From Octopus bimaculoides (taxonomy: Eukaryota): a stretch of DNA of 64,000 nt. The stretch spans positions 60,686,527 through 60,750,526 of the forward strand of contig NC_068993.1 in the NCBI RefSeq assembly GCF_001194135.2. Reading direction: 5' to 3'. The first letter of the stretch is position 1, and each line of letters begins with the position of its first letter. The notes beneath the pieces were generated by a model, which was not told where the DNA came from, did not search any database, and worked only from the letters and a program-made list of their open reading frames with translations. Positions 12,984-26,833 of this stretch are shown piece by piece. The position numbers were made by a program, and so were the translations under genes.

Positions 12984-15900
12984 GCGTGCGCACACAAGTG
13001 TATATATCTGTGTGGTGGGCATATCAAGCCTCTCGGTTTAACACAATCTGCTGGCCTGTTGATTACTTTTGCGGAGCTCGCTCTATTGCACTCTGTCGCA
13101 ATAGGCTTTCAGCAGAGTTTCTCGTGCCATATCGACGCAAACCCAAAGAAAAACATAGGGACCAGTGAGTAGGAAAGGGGAACGATAGGCAAAGAGAAGA
13201 AGCTGTATGGAAATGATGAGTAAAATGGTAAAATGTTTAACAGCCACATGCGGTAAAGTCGTGTTTAAGATCATGTATGTGACGATTCTAAAGTTATTCT
13301 TAGAAACCCGTTCCATTCATCTTTGGTGAGAGCATGAAGAAATCTGTTTCAATTCGGACTAAGAAGATGTGTTAGGATGTTGAACGCCTTCAATATGCAA
13401 AAGAAGATCTAAGAAAGAGCATAGTCAATAATCAACTTGTCTAGTTTGTAGTCGGATATATTTTATCTTTTAAGCTCCAGATATGTTTCGATAGTGTTGT
13501 GACGTCTTGCTTTATCTTCATGCGTAAACGCGTGCGCGTGCTGAGTATACATCTTACTCAGAGTTCTATTAATAGAGTTCTGAGTAAGGTCTATGTCTTA
13601 CTCTGTATCGTTGCAGTTATTGATGGAAAATTTAGTGTAATATACGACACTTTTTTCTTGAGACGTTTACTGTTTAAAGGGCAAATACCTCTGTAGGAAC
13701 AATTGCATTAAGATGAAGTATCGCATGTACTGAAAGGAACAGATTTGTTTCAATTAATTCGAATTAATGAAGAAGCGAAATTATCCGTACAGCTGTAACT
13801 TCAAGGTTATGGCTATCAAATATTTTATGGAACTTACGGTTTCGGAAAGTGCTTATTAACTAAACTTATAAAGGATCGGGTAATGATAAATATGACATTG
13901 GAAATGAAATAAAGGATTTTCCATATAACATCCCTTCTTCTGGCGTTGATAGCATTAGGGATTTTATGTGTGGTGTTGGGAAGGAATATATTCTATTCTG
14001 TTGCTGATGCCGTTTCTAATTAAAGTTTCATTGTAAAATACAGGAGCATGGTTAAAAGTCTCACCATCAGAAATTCTGGAAATTTTATCAATAATTCTTC
14101 AGAATGGTAAAGGATAATTTGAGCCTTTGTAAAGATAACCTATGATTTCATTTGGTTTTCTACAAGCGCTGTAATGTCTAAAGAGTTGACTATATTAGTA
14201 TTGACACATACAGTAATCTTAAGGTCAAAAATTTTATAAGTATTAATTAAATTGTTTTCGAAGTCTGTCTAATTTATGGTCATTCTTATTACAGGTTAAG
14301 TTTCGACAGACGTCACTGTATAACCATAATTTTATGAAATCAAATTTGGAGAGCAGTTGTCTAAAATAAATAATCCACTTCAATGACAGGCATCGGATCC
14401 ATCAAAGACGCCCACAGGGAGATCAAAACGCTGTGAGCTTTACGAAAAAGGATCATCGACAGATTGCCGAATCTCCTAGCAAGCATAATGACAGCTATGT
14501 CCTAATGCATGATAATAACATATCTGCTGCTGAATTGTAAGGCTTTCATTAACAACATTTCGCTAGCAGAAGGGGGAAAATGCAACGATATCGAATTGTG
14601 CGAATTTAGTTTTGTTTGTTGTATAAATTATATAACCAACCGATTAGTGAAGAGCGACCTTTCTAGAATGGATTGGTTAGTAAATTACATAATTCTGTAA
14701 TTATTTGCACCAAGTATGACATTGACAACACGACCTAAATCACTTTTAGTAAGATTAGTAAGCTTGCATTAAGGATCAACTATAAAATTAGGTTTATAGT
14801 GTTTTAAGGTAATTCGTGGAGACCTAACAACTAAACATTCAATTCTATTGTCTAACTTGAAGACCAAAGCCGTTTTGTTTCTTTGTTAATAAGGTATTAG
14901 GACTAGCTTTCTTATAAGTCTTTGTAACTTTACAGTTTTTCTCAACTTCATAAATGCTTTATTCTATCTGAAGCGACATGCAATTTACTAGAATTACGGC
15001 AATGCTTCAAGTCATTCATTAACGTTTCCTGGAAGGTATCAGAATAATTTTCCTGGACTTTATCTTCCTTATCATATTCAGGAAGTCGAATTAAAAAGCT
15101 TTCAGTGCTCTAAGTTTTAAGGGCAATTGTTTTTGTCTTTGATCTAATTTTTCATTTAGATAATTCGTCATGCAAATTTTTACGCAAAACTACGCTTTCC
15201 AACTTCCGTTTTGAAAAAGATGCTCGCCTTTTGCGATGCTTCCTCATATCACCATTGCTCTCTGGGATAGTCGCGTGAAGGTATAATTTTTATTGAGTAT
15301 AGGTAGGAATGAACATGTGTGTGTGTGTGTGTGTGTGTGTGTNNNNNNNNNNNNNNNNNNNNNNNNNNNNNNNNNNNNNNNNNNNNNNNNNNNNNNNNNN
15401 NNNNNNNNNNNNNNNNNNNNNNNNNNNNNNNNNNNNNNNNNNNNNNNNNNNNNNNNNNNNNNNNNNNNNNNNNNNNNNNNNNNNNNNNNNNNNNNNNNNN
15501 NNNNNNNNNNNNNNNNNNNNNNNNNNNNNNNNNNNNNNNNNNNNNNNNNNNNNNNNNNNNNNNNNNNNNNNNNNNNNNNNNNNNNNNNNNNNNNNNNNNN
15601 NNNNNNNNNNNNNNNNNNNNNNNNNNNNNNNNNNNNNNNNNNNNNNNNNNNNNNNNNNNNNNNNNNNNNNNNNNNNNNNNNNNNNNNNNNNNNNNNNNNN
15701 NNNNNNNNNNNNNNNNNNNNNNNNNNNNNNNNNNNNNNNNNNNNNNNNNNNNNNNNNNNNNNNNNNNNNNNNNNNNNNNNNNNNNNNNNNNNNNNNNNNN
15801 NNNNNNNNNNNNNNNNNNNNNNNNNNNNNNNNNNNNNNNNNNNNNNNNNNNNNNNNNNNNNNNNNNNNNNNNNNNNNNNNNNNNNNNNNNNNNNNNNNNN

Positions 15901-15994
15901 NNNNNNNNNNNNNNNNNNNNNNNNNNNNNNNNNNNNNNNNNNNNNNNNNNNNNNNNNNNNNNNNNNNNNNNNNNNNNNNNNNNNNNNNNNNNNN

Positions 15995-16033
<39 letters not shown>

Positions 16034-16064
16034 TGTGTGTATGTATATGTAGGTATGTGCACAC

Positions 16065-16109
<45 letters not shown>

Positions 16110-17205
16110 CATTATGATACTAATAAACAGCTGTTAAAACTCAACAAACGTATGCTCTAGAGTAAAGCGTTAGGCGAGTACAGAGCAGAATATCAATTAA
16201 TGAATGACAAAAGGACAGGAGTCACGTAATCACCTCCAATTAGCTTACAGCTGTTTCTGATATAACAAGCAGTGCACTCAGAGCTGAGTGCACAAAACGC
16301 TCGCAGTAATTTTCTCGTATATTTCTACATGCATATATAAATTATGTACAAATCTATGTGTTTATGTTGTTTATGATACATAGATCTATTAGTGTATATT
16401 GTATGCATGTGGATAGGTGCATTGTGATATGGGAGAGAGTGTGTGTGTAATATGTATGTGAATGTTTGAGACAATATGTGTGTGAGGGCATTTCATGTGT
16501 ACAAAGGATACGGCGGTTTCTCTGTGTGTGTGTGTGTACATTTGTATTGCAGAGGATAAAGGAGCGAGGGGTATATGAATAGATAGGTAAAGATATATGT
16601 ATCATAGAGAGAGAGAGACAGAGAGAGAGAGAGAGAAAGAGNNNNNNNNNNNNNNNNNNNNNNNNNNNNNNNNNNNNNNNNNNNNNNNNNNNNNNNNNNN
16701 NNNNNNNNNNNNNNNNNNNNNNNNNNNNNNNNNNNNNNNNNNNNNNNNNNNNNNNNNNNNNNNNNNNNNNNNNNNNNNNNNNNNNNNNNNNNNNNNNNNN
16801 NNNNNNNNNNNNNNNNNNNNNNNNNNNNNNNNNNNNNNNNNNNNNNNNNNNNNNNNNNNNNNNNNNNNNNNNNNNNNNNNNNNNNNNNNNNNNNNNNNNN
16901 NNNNNNNNNNNNNNNNNNNNNNNNNNNNNNNNNNNNNNNNNNNNNNNNNNNNNNNNNNNNNNNNNNNNNNNNNNNNNNNNNNNNNNNNNNNNNNNNNNNN
17001 NNNNNNNNNNNNNNNNNNNNNNNNNNNNNNNNNNNNNNNNNNNNNNNNNNNNNNNNNNNNNNNNNNNNNNNNNNNNNNNNNNNNNNNNNNNNNNNNNNNN
17101 NNNNNNNNNNNNNNNNNNNNNNNNNNNNNNNNNNNNNNNNNNNNNNNNNNNNNNNNNNNNNNNNNATATATATATATATTATATATGTATATATGTATAC
17201 ACACG

Positions 17206-17238
<33 letters not shown>

Positions 17239-18071
17239 GCATATATGCATATATAGCATACATATAAAAGTTTGCAGTTGGTGACTAAACCACTAGACGG
17301 AAACAGATGCACAGATGCACATTCATACACCAAAGCACGCACTCCCACAATTCTATATGAATGCATCGTGTATACATCTGCATGTGCATTCACGTGCTGT
17401 ATGTGTGTGTGTGTGTGTGTATATATGTGTGTGTGTGTATGTGTGTGTGTGTGGCTGTATACTAAATGGAGATGGGATTCTGGAATGAAGAAATACGTCA
17501 TCATCATCGGATCATTACTTTCGGCGCTGTTTAGCGTCGCGTTAAAGGCGCTTCTTGGTCGGTCTTCAGCTGGTTATTGCCATTGATGTTAAGATATTTG
17601 GGAATCCTCATTACTGCGAGATAATTACGTAAAACAGATGTCCGTATTAAGTTGTAGCTATAATATTTTCCACTGAAAGCTGTGTTAATTAGCAAGACGC
17701 GAACAGAATATAAAGGAAATACGATTTGTATTTATAATACTCCAACTGTTTTATTGCATTAAACGGTATATATAAAGAAGTTGAAAGTTGTTATTTACTC
17801 TGTGTTCATCAAGATGGTATGCATATTTATTCGTAATACCTAATGGCGGATTCGAACGCAAATATGCTAATCGCTCTTATGTCGCGGGAGAGAAACATCT
17901 CGCGTTTACGACGACAATGCGTTCATAATACTCTCGGTTCGTTTGGGAAAAGGGATTCTCAGACATCTGGGTGTCGATATGTTGGGTTTCATCAGCCAGA
18001 AGTCCCAGGAACTTTGAGCTTAAAGAAGCTGCTGGCTTTGTTTATTATTTCAGCGAAGAAACTGTTTTTCA

Positions 18072-18182
18072 CTGATCAGTGCTGATATCTGCCGATCAAT
18101 AAAAATTTGTTATTTGGAAATTTCGCTGTACGCAGTGCAAATAACGATATTTAATCGGTTGGCAGATATCAGCACTGATCAG
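18072..18182. repeat. Long inverted repeat / hairpin (22-bp perfect stem plus about 23-bp imperfect stem)
   Basis: CTGATCAGTGCTGATATCTGCC (18072-18093) is the exact reverse complement of 18161-18182. Pairing continues imperfectly to GTTATTTG/CAAATAAC around a loop of about 21 nt. Confidence 0.92.
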
Positions 18183-18729
18183 AAAACAATTTGTTGGGTG
18201 AAATTATTAACAAAAGCATTTGCTTGTTTTATACTCAAAGTTACTGGCACTTCTGACTGACCTGACACAACATATCGAAACACCATAGTCTCAGGATGAG
18301 ACGAGTGGGTTATCAACACGTTGTCGTCGTAAAAGGGCGAGGTTGTTATTCTGTCACACACACAACAGTGTCTAGCATACTTGCGTTCAAATCGGCCAAA
18401 ACGTTTTAAGAATATGGATGCAGTTCATCTTTTTTAGTAAAGAAATAGGCTTGCTGCAAAGACAGAAAATTATAAAATAGTGTAAGGCTACAAGAATATC
18501 TTGTAATGGCCAAAAGCAATCGCATGCAAATAACAACATTGCATGGTAAAACTGCTTTCCGTCTTCAAGGAAACTAACAAATATGAAATATACTGTGAAG
18601 TAACAGAATGTTGTGGAAAAGATGAGGGTTTTTTTTTTTTCAGTTATTCGATCAGCTTAATAATCGGTTCATCGAATTAGCCTATCAATGGCTGAGTGGC
18701 TGAGTGTGATAAGCCTTTAAATTATAAGT

Positions 18730-18900
18730 ACAAGTCACACAAAGGGATTCGGCACAGTCTTCGTCGATCCGAATTTACTTACAAGGCTTGAATAGCTGCG
18801 AGGCTGAGATAAAAATATTTGCCCAAAATTTCACGTGGTCGGATTGAGCCTGAGAGCTTATGATTGTGTAGCGGACTTCTTAACTAACCAGCCACGCTGC
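18730..18900 (-). mobile_element. Highly diverged SINE family A copy (5' half)
   Basis: Residual similarity to 30000-30151 (ttacttacaaggctt, atttgcccaa, cttcttaactaaccagccac). Confidence 0.55.
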
Positions 18901-19798
18901 GTGCACAAGACATTATTACAACCACCAACAGCAACACCACCGCCACCACCACAATAACAGCAACACCACTACCACCAACACCACCACCACCACTAACACA
19001 ATACAACCACCAGCACCACCAACACCATCATTGCTTTTGTTGGATTTAATTCAAGTTTCGACTGTATGTACTTCAAATTTCCAGTTACCAGAACTCCGTT
19101 GTTGAATTATTGTACAACTGGCCGAATATTCCACATACACACACACCTGTAACATTAACGCGATCCTCCGACAGATTAAGGTTTACGGTGTACAAGAGAA
19201 GACTAACCGTTTTTAATGACTGGTACAATCTATTCGATGAGCTTCCATACAACACATCGTTTCTATGGAGACGTATCTCTCATAATACTTAAATTAGCAC
19301 GTGACTCTGGTAGAACACACATACGTGAGGTTTCACACAGTAGGATCGAAACCCGGAACTTGTGGTTGAGAAAAGAACTCTTTAGCTATTCGGCCATGAT
19401 GCCTTCTGCCACCATCATACACGTGATTTACGTCAGCGATACTTCAACTCTGCTTCTTAAGTGTTTCTAGCGTGTGATAATGGCGGGGAAATATGAGGGC
19501 TGGCGAGGGGGCGGGGAGGATCAAGTGGCGGATTTATAATCTAATGCATTGTAATAGAATAATTCCTCGTAACTGCATGTCTTCATCTTCTTTAGAAGAA
19601 GCAGCATCTTTAAAACGATTACGTTGTTTATGTCCACGATAATGACAATAACAGCAGCAGCAGCAGCAACAATATTAAGAACGATAATCACGGATGATAA
19701 TCACGAAGATGATGACGATGATAAAGATAACGATGACGATGATGATGATGATGGTCATGGTGATCATGTCGATCATGATGATGATGTTCACTGTCATG

Positions 19799-19856
<58 letters not shown>

Positions 19857-19876
19857 TAATTATTATTATTATTATT

Positions 19877-19921
<45 letters not shown>

Positions 19922-20337
19922 CGGTTATTGTGTTTACGAGAACTGTCATGATTCTGATTCTGATGAGACTTATGATTATAACGGTCGTTCTCTATGATTA
20001 CGGGATGCGACAGGTAAGGAAGGGAGTTGCAAAGCCCTGCCGTGTATCCGTGTGCTCATTAGCTTGGTCAATCGAGCCAATAATACTGTTAAGTTGACCT
20101 CTACTTCGTTGTATTCATTGAAGTAATTTCGATGAATTTATTGCTAAAATCGTTGCACTTAAAACTAAGCCCCTTGAAGGCAAGCTGACAGTTTAGTCTA
20201 TAATTCTATTATCCGATATTTCCAGGGACATATTGCCATTTAATACATCAAACTTCTATGGTTTGCTTTGCTGTTTTCATATAAATACTAGAGGCGATTC
20301 TGTTAGCGGAGTGCTGATGGAGTTGCTGTTGTTGTTC

Positions 20338-20390
<53 letters not shown>

Positions 20391-21004
20391 GNNNNNNNNN
20401 NNNNNNNNNNNNNNNNNNNNNNNNNNNNNNNNNNNNNNNNNNNNNNNNNNNNNNNNNNNNNNNNNNNNNNNNNNNNNNNNNNNNNNNNNNNNNNNNNNNN
20501 NNNNNNNNNTCACGTTTTCGCGTTAATCGGCTGGCTCCTCTCTATCTCCAGAAATTTGAAGAAATGTGAAAAAGATGCGGGTTCTATCTTCCGCCGGAGA
20601 GAAATGTGTTCTAATCGTAAAAAAAAAATTAAATAAAATAAAGAACTTTTTTCATCATCGGAATGATGGAACCGTGTAGTCCCGGTTATGGAAACACTCT
20701 TCGATTCCATCCTCTTTGCTGCCGTTCTTTGCAATTGCGAAGACCAAGTAGAAACCAATGTAGGAACCATGCGCTGCCTATTCAAAGCTTAAACCAGCAT
20801 GGGAGCCTTTACTCTGCATGGTTGCAGGATTTGTTAGAAATAACAGCAAAATCTTACTCAAATTACCTTCTATTGTTTAAAAAAAATGGGGAAGGAAACT
20901 TTTTTAAACAATACTGTATGGTCACAGCTGGAACGCCTTTGCTGTTGGAGTCTAAATAAAACAGCAACAGCAGTAATAACAACAATATAGTATGAGTCAA
21001 CGAG

Positions 21005-21170
21005 GGAGTGTCTAAGGAGCGGTTTGACCTTCTAGAAATAGCAGCCAAATATCCTTTATTCCTGCTTTAAATAAAATGTAGACACTTCAGATCGTGTTAG
21101 TTGGTCAAAGCTGGAATGCTTTTGCTTATCCAAGGTCAGCCGGCTTAGGGCTGATCTAGGATAATCAACA
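21005..21170 (-). repeat. Repeat X, diverged; a further block-2 fragment lies at about 20826-20870
   Basis: ctagaaatagcagccaaatatcc is the reverse complement of block 2; agggctgatctagg..aacaacaac is the reverse complement of block 1. Confidence 0.55.
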
Positions 21171-21607
21171 ACAACAACAGCAGCAACAGCAACAATTACC
21201 AAACAGCAGCACGTTTCCTCGGATAGAATCCTAACAACAAATTTCACCGATGCATGACGCAACTCCGACACCACAACCGAATCATTAACATTCTGCACAG
21301 TCGTCCATTCAATGTATTTATCGATGGAGATACAGAAATAAATATATAAAATAGAAAGTTTATTTCCGTGACCTTAACTCTGGAACTCTATACGTATATA
21401 TAGAACCACAGTTTGCTCAAGGGGAACATCCAGACTACAGATGACTTATTTCTCCTTCCTAACAATGCATTTCAATCACAGACACTTTTGTAATGTTTAA
21501 CAATAGAACTTATGATTTCTTAATGAGATTTTGACGCGTTAGCTAAATAGAGTTAACTGTCTTGCCGAAGAATATAATACGGCGCTTGCAGTGGCAGATA
21601 AAAATAC

Positions 21608-21668
<61 letters not shown>

Positions 21669-21989
21669 GATTAAATATCTTGGTTAAATAATGTTCCAGC
21701 GAGCTATTCTATTGATGAACAAATATCGATTTATTGATTGCCAATTACATTCTTCAGCCAATGTGTAAAACAATAGCTCAAGCTCAATAGAATGTTTTGG
21801 CTGAGAGGAGAGGTAGATGTGACGTCATTGATATATTATAGGGTTTAATATTTGCAGCAACCGCCAGTAGGGGGAGTTGTAAAAACGATTAAGCACCGAA
21901 CTAGAATGCTACACAGTATTTTAATTCCGTCAGAAATATAAATGAAAAATAATAAAGGACCGTAATTAAATATAAAATACCCTTGGGGT

Positions 21990-22130
21990 ATACAGTTGCG
22001 GCTCTTTGCATTGTGAGTTCAAATTCCAGTGAGGTCATCGTTACTTTTACTCCTTCCATAATCGATAAAACATAACAGCGGTCAATTATTAGCGTTAGTT
22101 TAATAGATTTTGCCCACCCGCTCACCTCCA
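21990..22130 (+). mobile_element. SINE family M, diverged fragment
   Basis: gagttcaaattcc B box followed by gaggtca...tcgataaaa. Confidence 0.6.
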
Positions 22131-23121
22131 CCCCTATCTCAGCATTTTCACATCATCGGACATCAATTTCTGCTGTAACTGCTGTTTTAGTTCAGATGAA
22201 CCATGAACGCCGCAACATTTCATTTCTTCCTTCCTATTTTTTTTATTTAATTGAAAAGCATGAACATCACAACACCTCAGTAATATTGTTCTAGCAGAAA
22301 AGAAATGTTTCCCTGTCCTATCAAATGTGAAGCGGTTTTGAATGTAGTTTCACTTTAATTTAATTAAGCTTCGTCCGGAAATGGTTATGAAGAAGACACG
22401 CTTACTTCAATTTATTACCCCAGTTCTACTGACCATTAACGATAGCAAAAACTCTGTGGCTGGGTAAAGCTGGGAATGGTAGACGTAAACTCTTACCAAA
22501 ACTGAATATCAAACCCCGTTTCTGTCTTCGCTTGTATCGGAAATATATTTAAGAATGTCCCTAATTCCTGTTTCTCTTCTAATCTTAAAAACCATGTCTG
22601 TGCAAGAAAATGAAGCTCGTCCGTCTCAGTAAACCATTGAAGCGGAGGGGCCATAGTATGGGTCCTTTATTTAGATTCTGCAGATTGCAACAGGAGATAG
22701 ATAAATCACTCGTATTAGAGACAGGAAGCTTGTGTATGGCGAATTACACCCCCGTAAGCCGTTTTCCCTGCTAAGGCATCTTCAACATATTAAAGGATAT
22801 CAAACATCTTGAAGCTTGTTGTTAAATATTTAATGAAAGTCTTGGAGCGGGTTTGAACTCTTGACACTTGGGATCGTAATTTAATACCGTAGCTATAAAC
22901 TATACAATACCATCCTTAAAACCCACTACATCTTCTACTCTATCAAGACACACATAAAAACATGACATATACGCCAAAGTAACTGTAGTATTAACAGGTT
23001 GTCTGGAGCCAAGTAGTGTGCTCAGATGCACAAGTGCAAAGGAAATACAACTGTTGCACTCTGACCATGCGTGTCCTCTTTGCCCGTCTCTAACTGTTGC
23101 CAATTCCAGAATCTTCAAATA

Positions 23122-23420
23122 TTAAGAAATAGACTGCAGAAGAGAAGAGCGCAAAATATGTAGAATGTAAGAAAGCATTCTGTTGGCTTCACTGCAGAAT
23201 ATCGTAGTGTGCAGTATTGTCATATGCCAAACAGAAACATGGTCTAACAGTAGAAGAACAGGGCTTTGTCCACAACAAGTCATTTGGACCGGCTGCCTGC
23301 GCTGCGTAGTCACCAGAGTAACACAACAACACCAATATCGTTGTTGTTTAGCAAGAGGTTGGTTCTGGAAGGAAAGAAGTGTTCTAATTGTGACCAAGCA
23401 TCACATTTTCCTGCCAATGT
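23122..23420 (-). pseudogene. Probable pogo/Tigger-type (DDE_1) transposase fragment
   Basis: Minus-strand translation SPVLLLLDHVSVWHMTILHTTIFCSEANRMLSYIL...SSLLQS resembles the DDE_1 pattern PVLLLLDGHSSH...LPPHTSHLLQPLD. An upstream frame gives AWSQLEHFFPS (cf. WLEHFIP). Recognised by eye only. Confidence 0.45.
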
Positions 23421-24789
23421 ACGACATTATCCATTGTTTCATTTTCTTTATGACACTATGGTAAACATCAGGAAAATTTGGCTTGAAGCACACACCGCTA
23501 TTGAAGTTATGCATATCGAAGAGATTTATGACAAATGATATCCCAGACACGACCAATTCATTGATTGTTTTTTCAGATGTAGTGATTAAAATTACATTTT
23601 TCCAATGAGTCGTTCATCTTTTTAAAAGTCTCGTGACGTTTGTTATTTCTCCGAAATTTCGACCTTTTTGGTACGGTATCCAATCAACTCTTTGACAGTT
23701 CAATCAATAGGGTCGGTGAGGTCGAGTAAGGTTCTACTCTAGGTTCCGAACTGGGGAAAAGATATGAGGAATGTATAATTTGCGTGAAGTGTGCGCTGAG
23801 TCTAAAGGCACCGAATTGTCTGTTTTGGACAGCACCATTTAGCAAAGGTTACAAACAGGAAGATTAATGTCTACCTGGAAAATGACGAACTATAAATCAC
23901 CATACACCAATAATGAAAAGAACAAGAAAACAAACCTTGCTGACGCAGTATGAAATTTGTATTAACTGTATTAGGGCAGCAAATCACCGGTGACGTTGTA
24001 CATCATGTGATAGTCTATTATTCTGTAATTCAGTTCAACAACTACAAGTTCGCTGAAGATCACTTTCTTGAAATTGCTGGTTTCTTGCCCGAAATCCTGA
24101 CAAGGAAGTTTACTAAATACCTGCGTTGGTTTTGATGTATTCATGTCTAGATATGTATTTTTCTGTCAATTAAATCCCTCTCTTTATGCTTTTGCATTGA
24201 GCTCTCCCTTATCTAACACATGGAAACAATTTACTGAGTTATATGGTGTTAATTTTTAGTTCTCCCGTGTCTTTCGCACAATCGAACACCACCTCACCAC
24301 AATGAGGAATGCAGGACCGCTTGTGTTTGTAATAACGAAATAAAGAAACATTAAATCGCCATACATAAGATGCCCGAGCGGTTACAAAGTATCTAAAGAA
24401 CTTCGAAGTTCTGTGGGGATGACCCTGTAAATTTAGAGTAGGCGAAGACTGTTATAATTACTGTTTCTGCTACGAGATTTTTCACTGATGTGTCATCATA
24501 ATTAATAAAACCAGACATAATTAGAAATATTCTAAATGTCTATAAAGACTCACAAATATACCTGGATGAGAAAGATATTTTTAGATATGTATAAGACATT
24601 GTGAGAGAAATATTTTAGTGAGTATAGATTACAATAGTTGGAGTCCAATATAGACCCTCACCCTCGATGAAATTGTTTCTGATTTTCAGGCATTTATATT
24701 TCCTACTCCTACAATAATGTTATTAAGAATTTAATATATTAGACTCACACTTACTGCACTCTACTGTTTTATTGAAGACAGCAGTCGCC

Positions 24790-24974
24790 CACGTCACCAA
24801 TGTTATCCAACGGAAAGGCAAATGACGATACAGTCTGGCACCAGTCACATCGAAGTTCAATTCTACAGCTAAGTGAACGGGAACAACAAAAAAGTGTCTT
24901 GCTCAAGAACACCAACGCACGGTCCAGTTCGGGAATCGAACTCACTACCGCATGATTGTGAGCCCGACGCTCTA
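24790..24974 (-). mobile_element. tRNA-derived CORE-type SINE with family-D 3' tail
   Basis: gggaatcgaactc (B box, reverse), aagtgtcttgctcaag and tctacagctaagtgaac (CORE-like, reverse), followed by a distinct tail aacggaaaggcaaatgacgatacag. Confidence 0.8.
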
Positions 24975-24985
24975 GACATATATAA

Positions 24986-25041
<56 letters not shown>

Positions 25042-25237
25042 ATAAGTACAGTTTATTTGATAGATACATGGGGATAAACATATGGGTGGACAGACAGAAA
25101 GAGAAAGATATATATAGACAGATAGATAGATGTATGTGTGTGTTTGAGCGTGTGCATACGTACACAAACACTGGCACACACAAGTAATTATGTAAATATA
25201 TAAAGCGAGAGAGAGAGAAATAGAGAGAGAGAGAAAT

Positions 25238-25280
<43 letters not shown>

Positions 25281-25787
25281 CTCTGAAAGAGAGAAAGAGG
25301 AACAAAGACAAATTTGATCACAAACTTACATTATATAAACAGCGCATGCTCATGTGAATACACGCACACTATATACACACACACATACAGATACACACAC
25401 ATACAGATACACACACACTCGTATAAACTCATAAACATGTGTAGGTGTGGGTGTATATGTATATATATGTGTGTGTGTGTGCACAGATGCACAGAAGTAA
25501 AGAGTCTTATGATTGTGTGATAAAACGTGTGTATATATGGATGTATGAATGTATTTATAGGTGCATGTATGTTGTAGTTAGGTGTGTATAGGCTTCGATA
25601 AGTGTACACAATGTAAACACGTGTGTCATTAACACAAATCACTGATTCCTTGCCTGAATCATTCGCGAAAATTGAACATTACGCAAGATGTAACGTTTGC
25701 GACACACTAATCTAATAATCCGAGCAGATTTGAATGACATTCATAAGCCAGGCCCTTCTAGAGAAGATATATACAAACATACATACA

Positions 25788-25845
<58 letters not shown>

Positions 25846-26309
25846 GAGAGACATAATATTATATAGATAATTATAAAATATCTACATATATATATATATA
25901 TACACTCACACATAAATATATATCTGTGTGTACACATGCACACATATACATGTGTGTGTGTGCGTCTATGTGTGAGTACATGTATATGTATATATGCATA
26001 TATTCATACGCATTTATATATGAGACATGCTTGTGTATTTCGAGAGGTGAGAGTTTTGTATGTGTCTGTGCGTGTCTGTGTGTGTGTTTCTGCGTGTGTG
26101 TGCATATATCTGTCCGTTTATATCTCTCAGTTATTCCTCATGCGTACTCACACACACACACACGCACATATGATATATACATATTTATATAAATGAATTC
26201 CATGACGAGATCTCCAGCAAGGAGCGCATAATCGGAGTTATATAACAGCGCCTCTCTCTCTCTCTCCTTATCTCCCCCTCTCTCTCTCCTTATCTCCCCC
26301 TCTCTCTCA

Positions 26310-26434
<125 letters not shown>

Positions 26435-26786
26435 CGTGTGTATGTATGTATGTATGTATGTATGTATACGGCAACAGCGTGTTTACTGTACGAGAGCACA
26501 CAGCAACATTTAGGTTTTCCCAACTTTGCTGCTGCATGAAATCCCGGCCATTTGTGTCAACACCCAGAAACGGTTAACCCCGAGCACCGGTGCTCTCTAA
26601 CCACAAAGGAAAACACAATCGAAGAACCGTAATTTATATATTCAGGCAACTGAATTGTGCGTCAATGCCTTTAACAACTAGTAACCTCGTATGACGTGAG
26701 GAACTTCCATGGATCGAAGTTGTGTCAATAATAAATAAAAGATTATTATTATTGTTGTTATTATTATTATTATTATTATTTTTATT

Positions 26787-26833
<47 letters not shown>

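Noticed and set aside
14370-14540. 55-codon open frame (IHFNDRHRIHQRRPQGDQ...AAEL*) in unique AT-rich DNA
   Set aside because: No start codon, weak acceptor and no recognisable domain; the length is within chance expectation.
23950-24050. MYND-like Cys spacing (CINC-x9-CTSC-x5-C) on plus
   Set aside because: It contains an in-frame stop, lacks the last three ligands and has no splice support.
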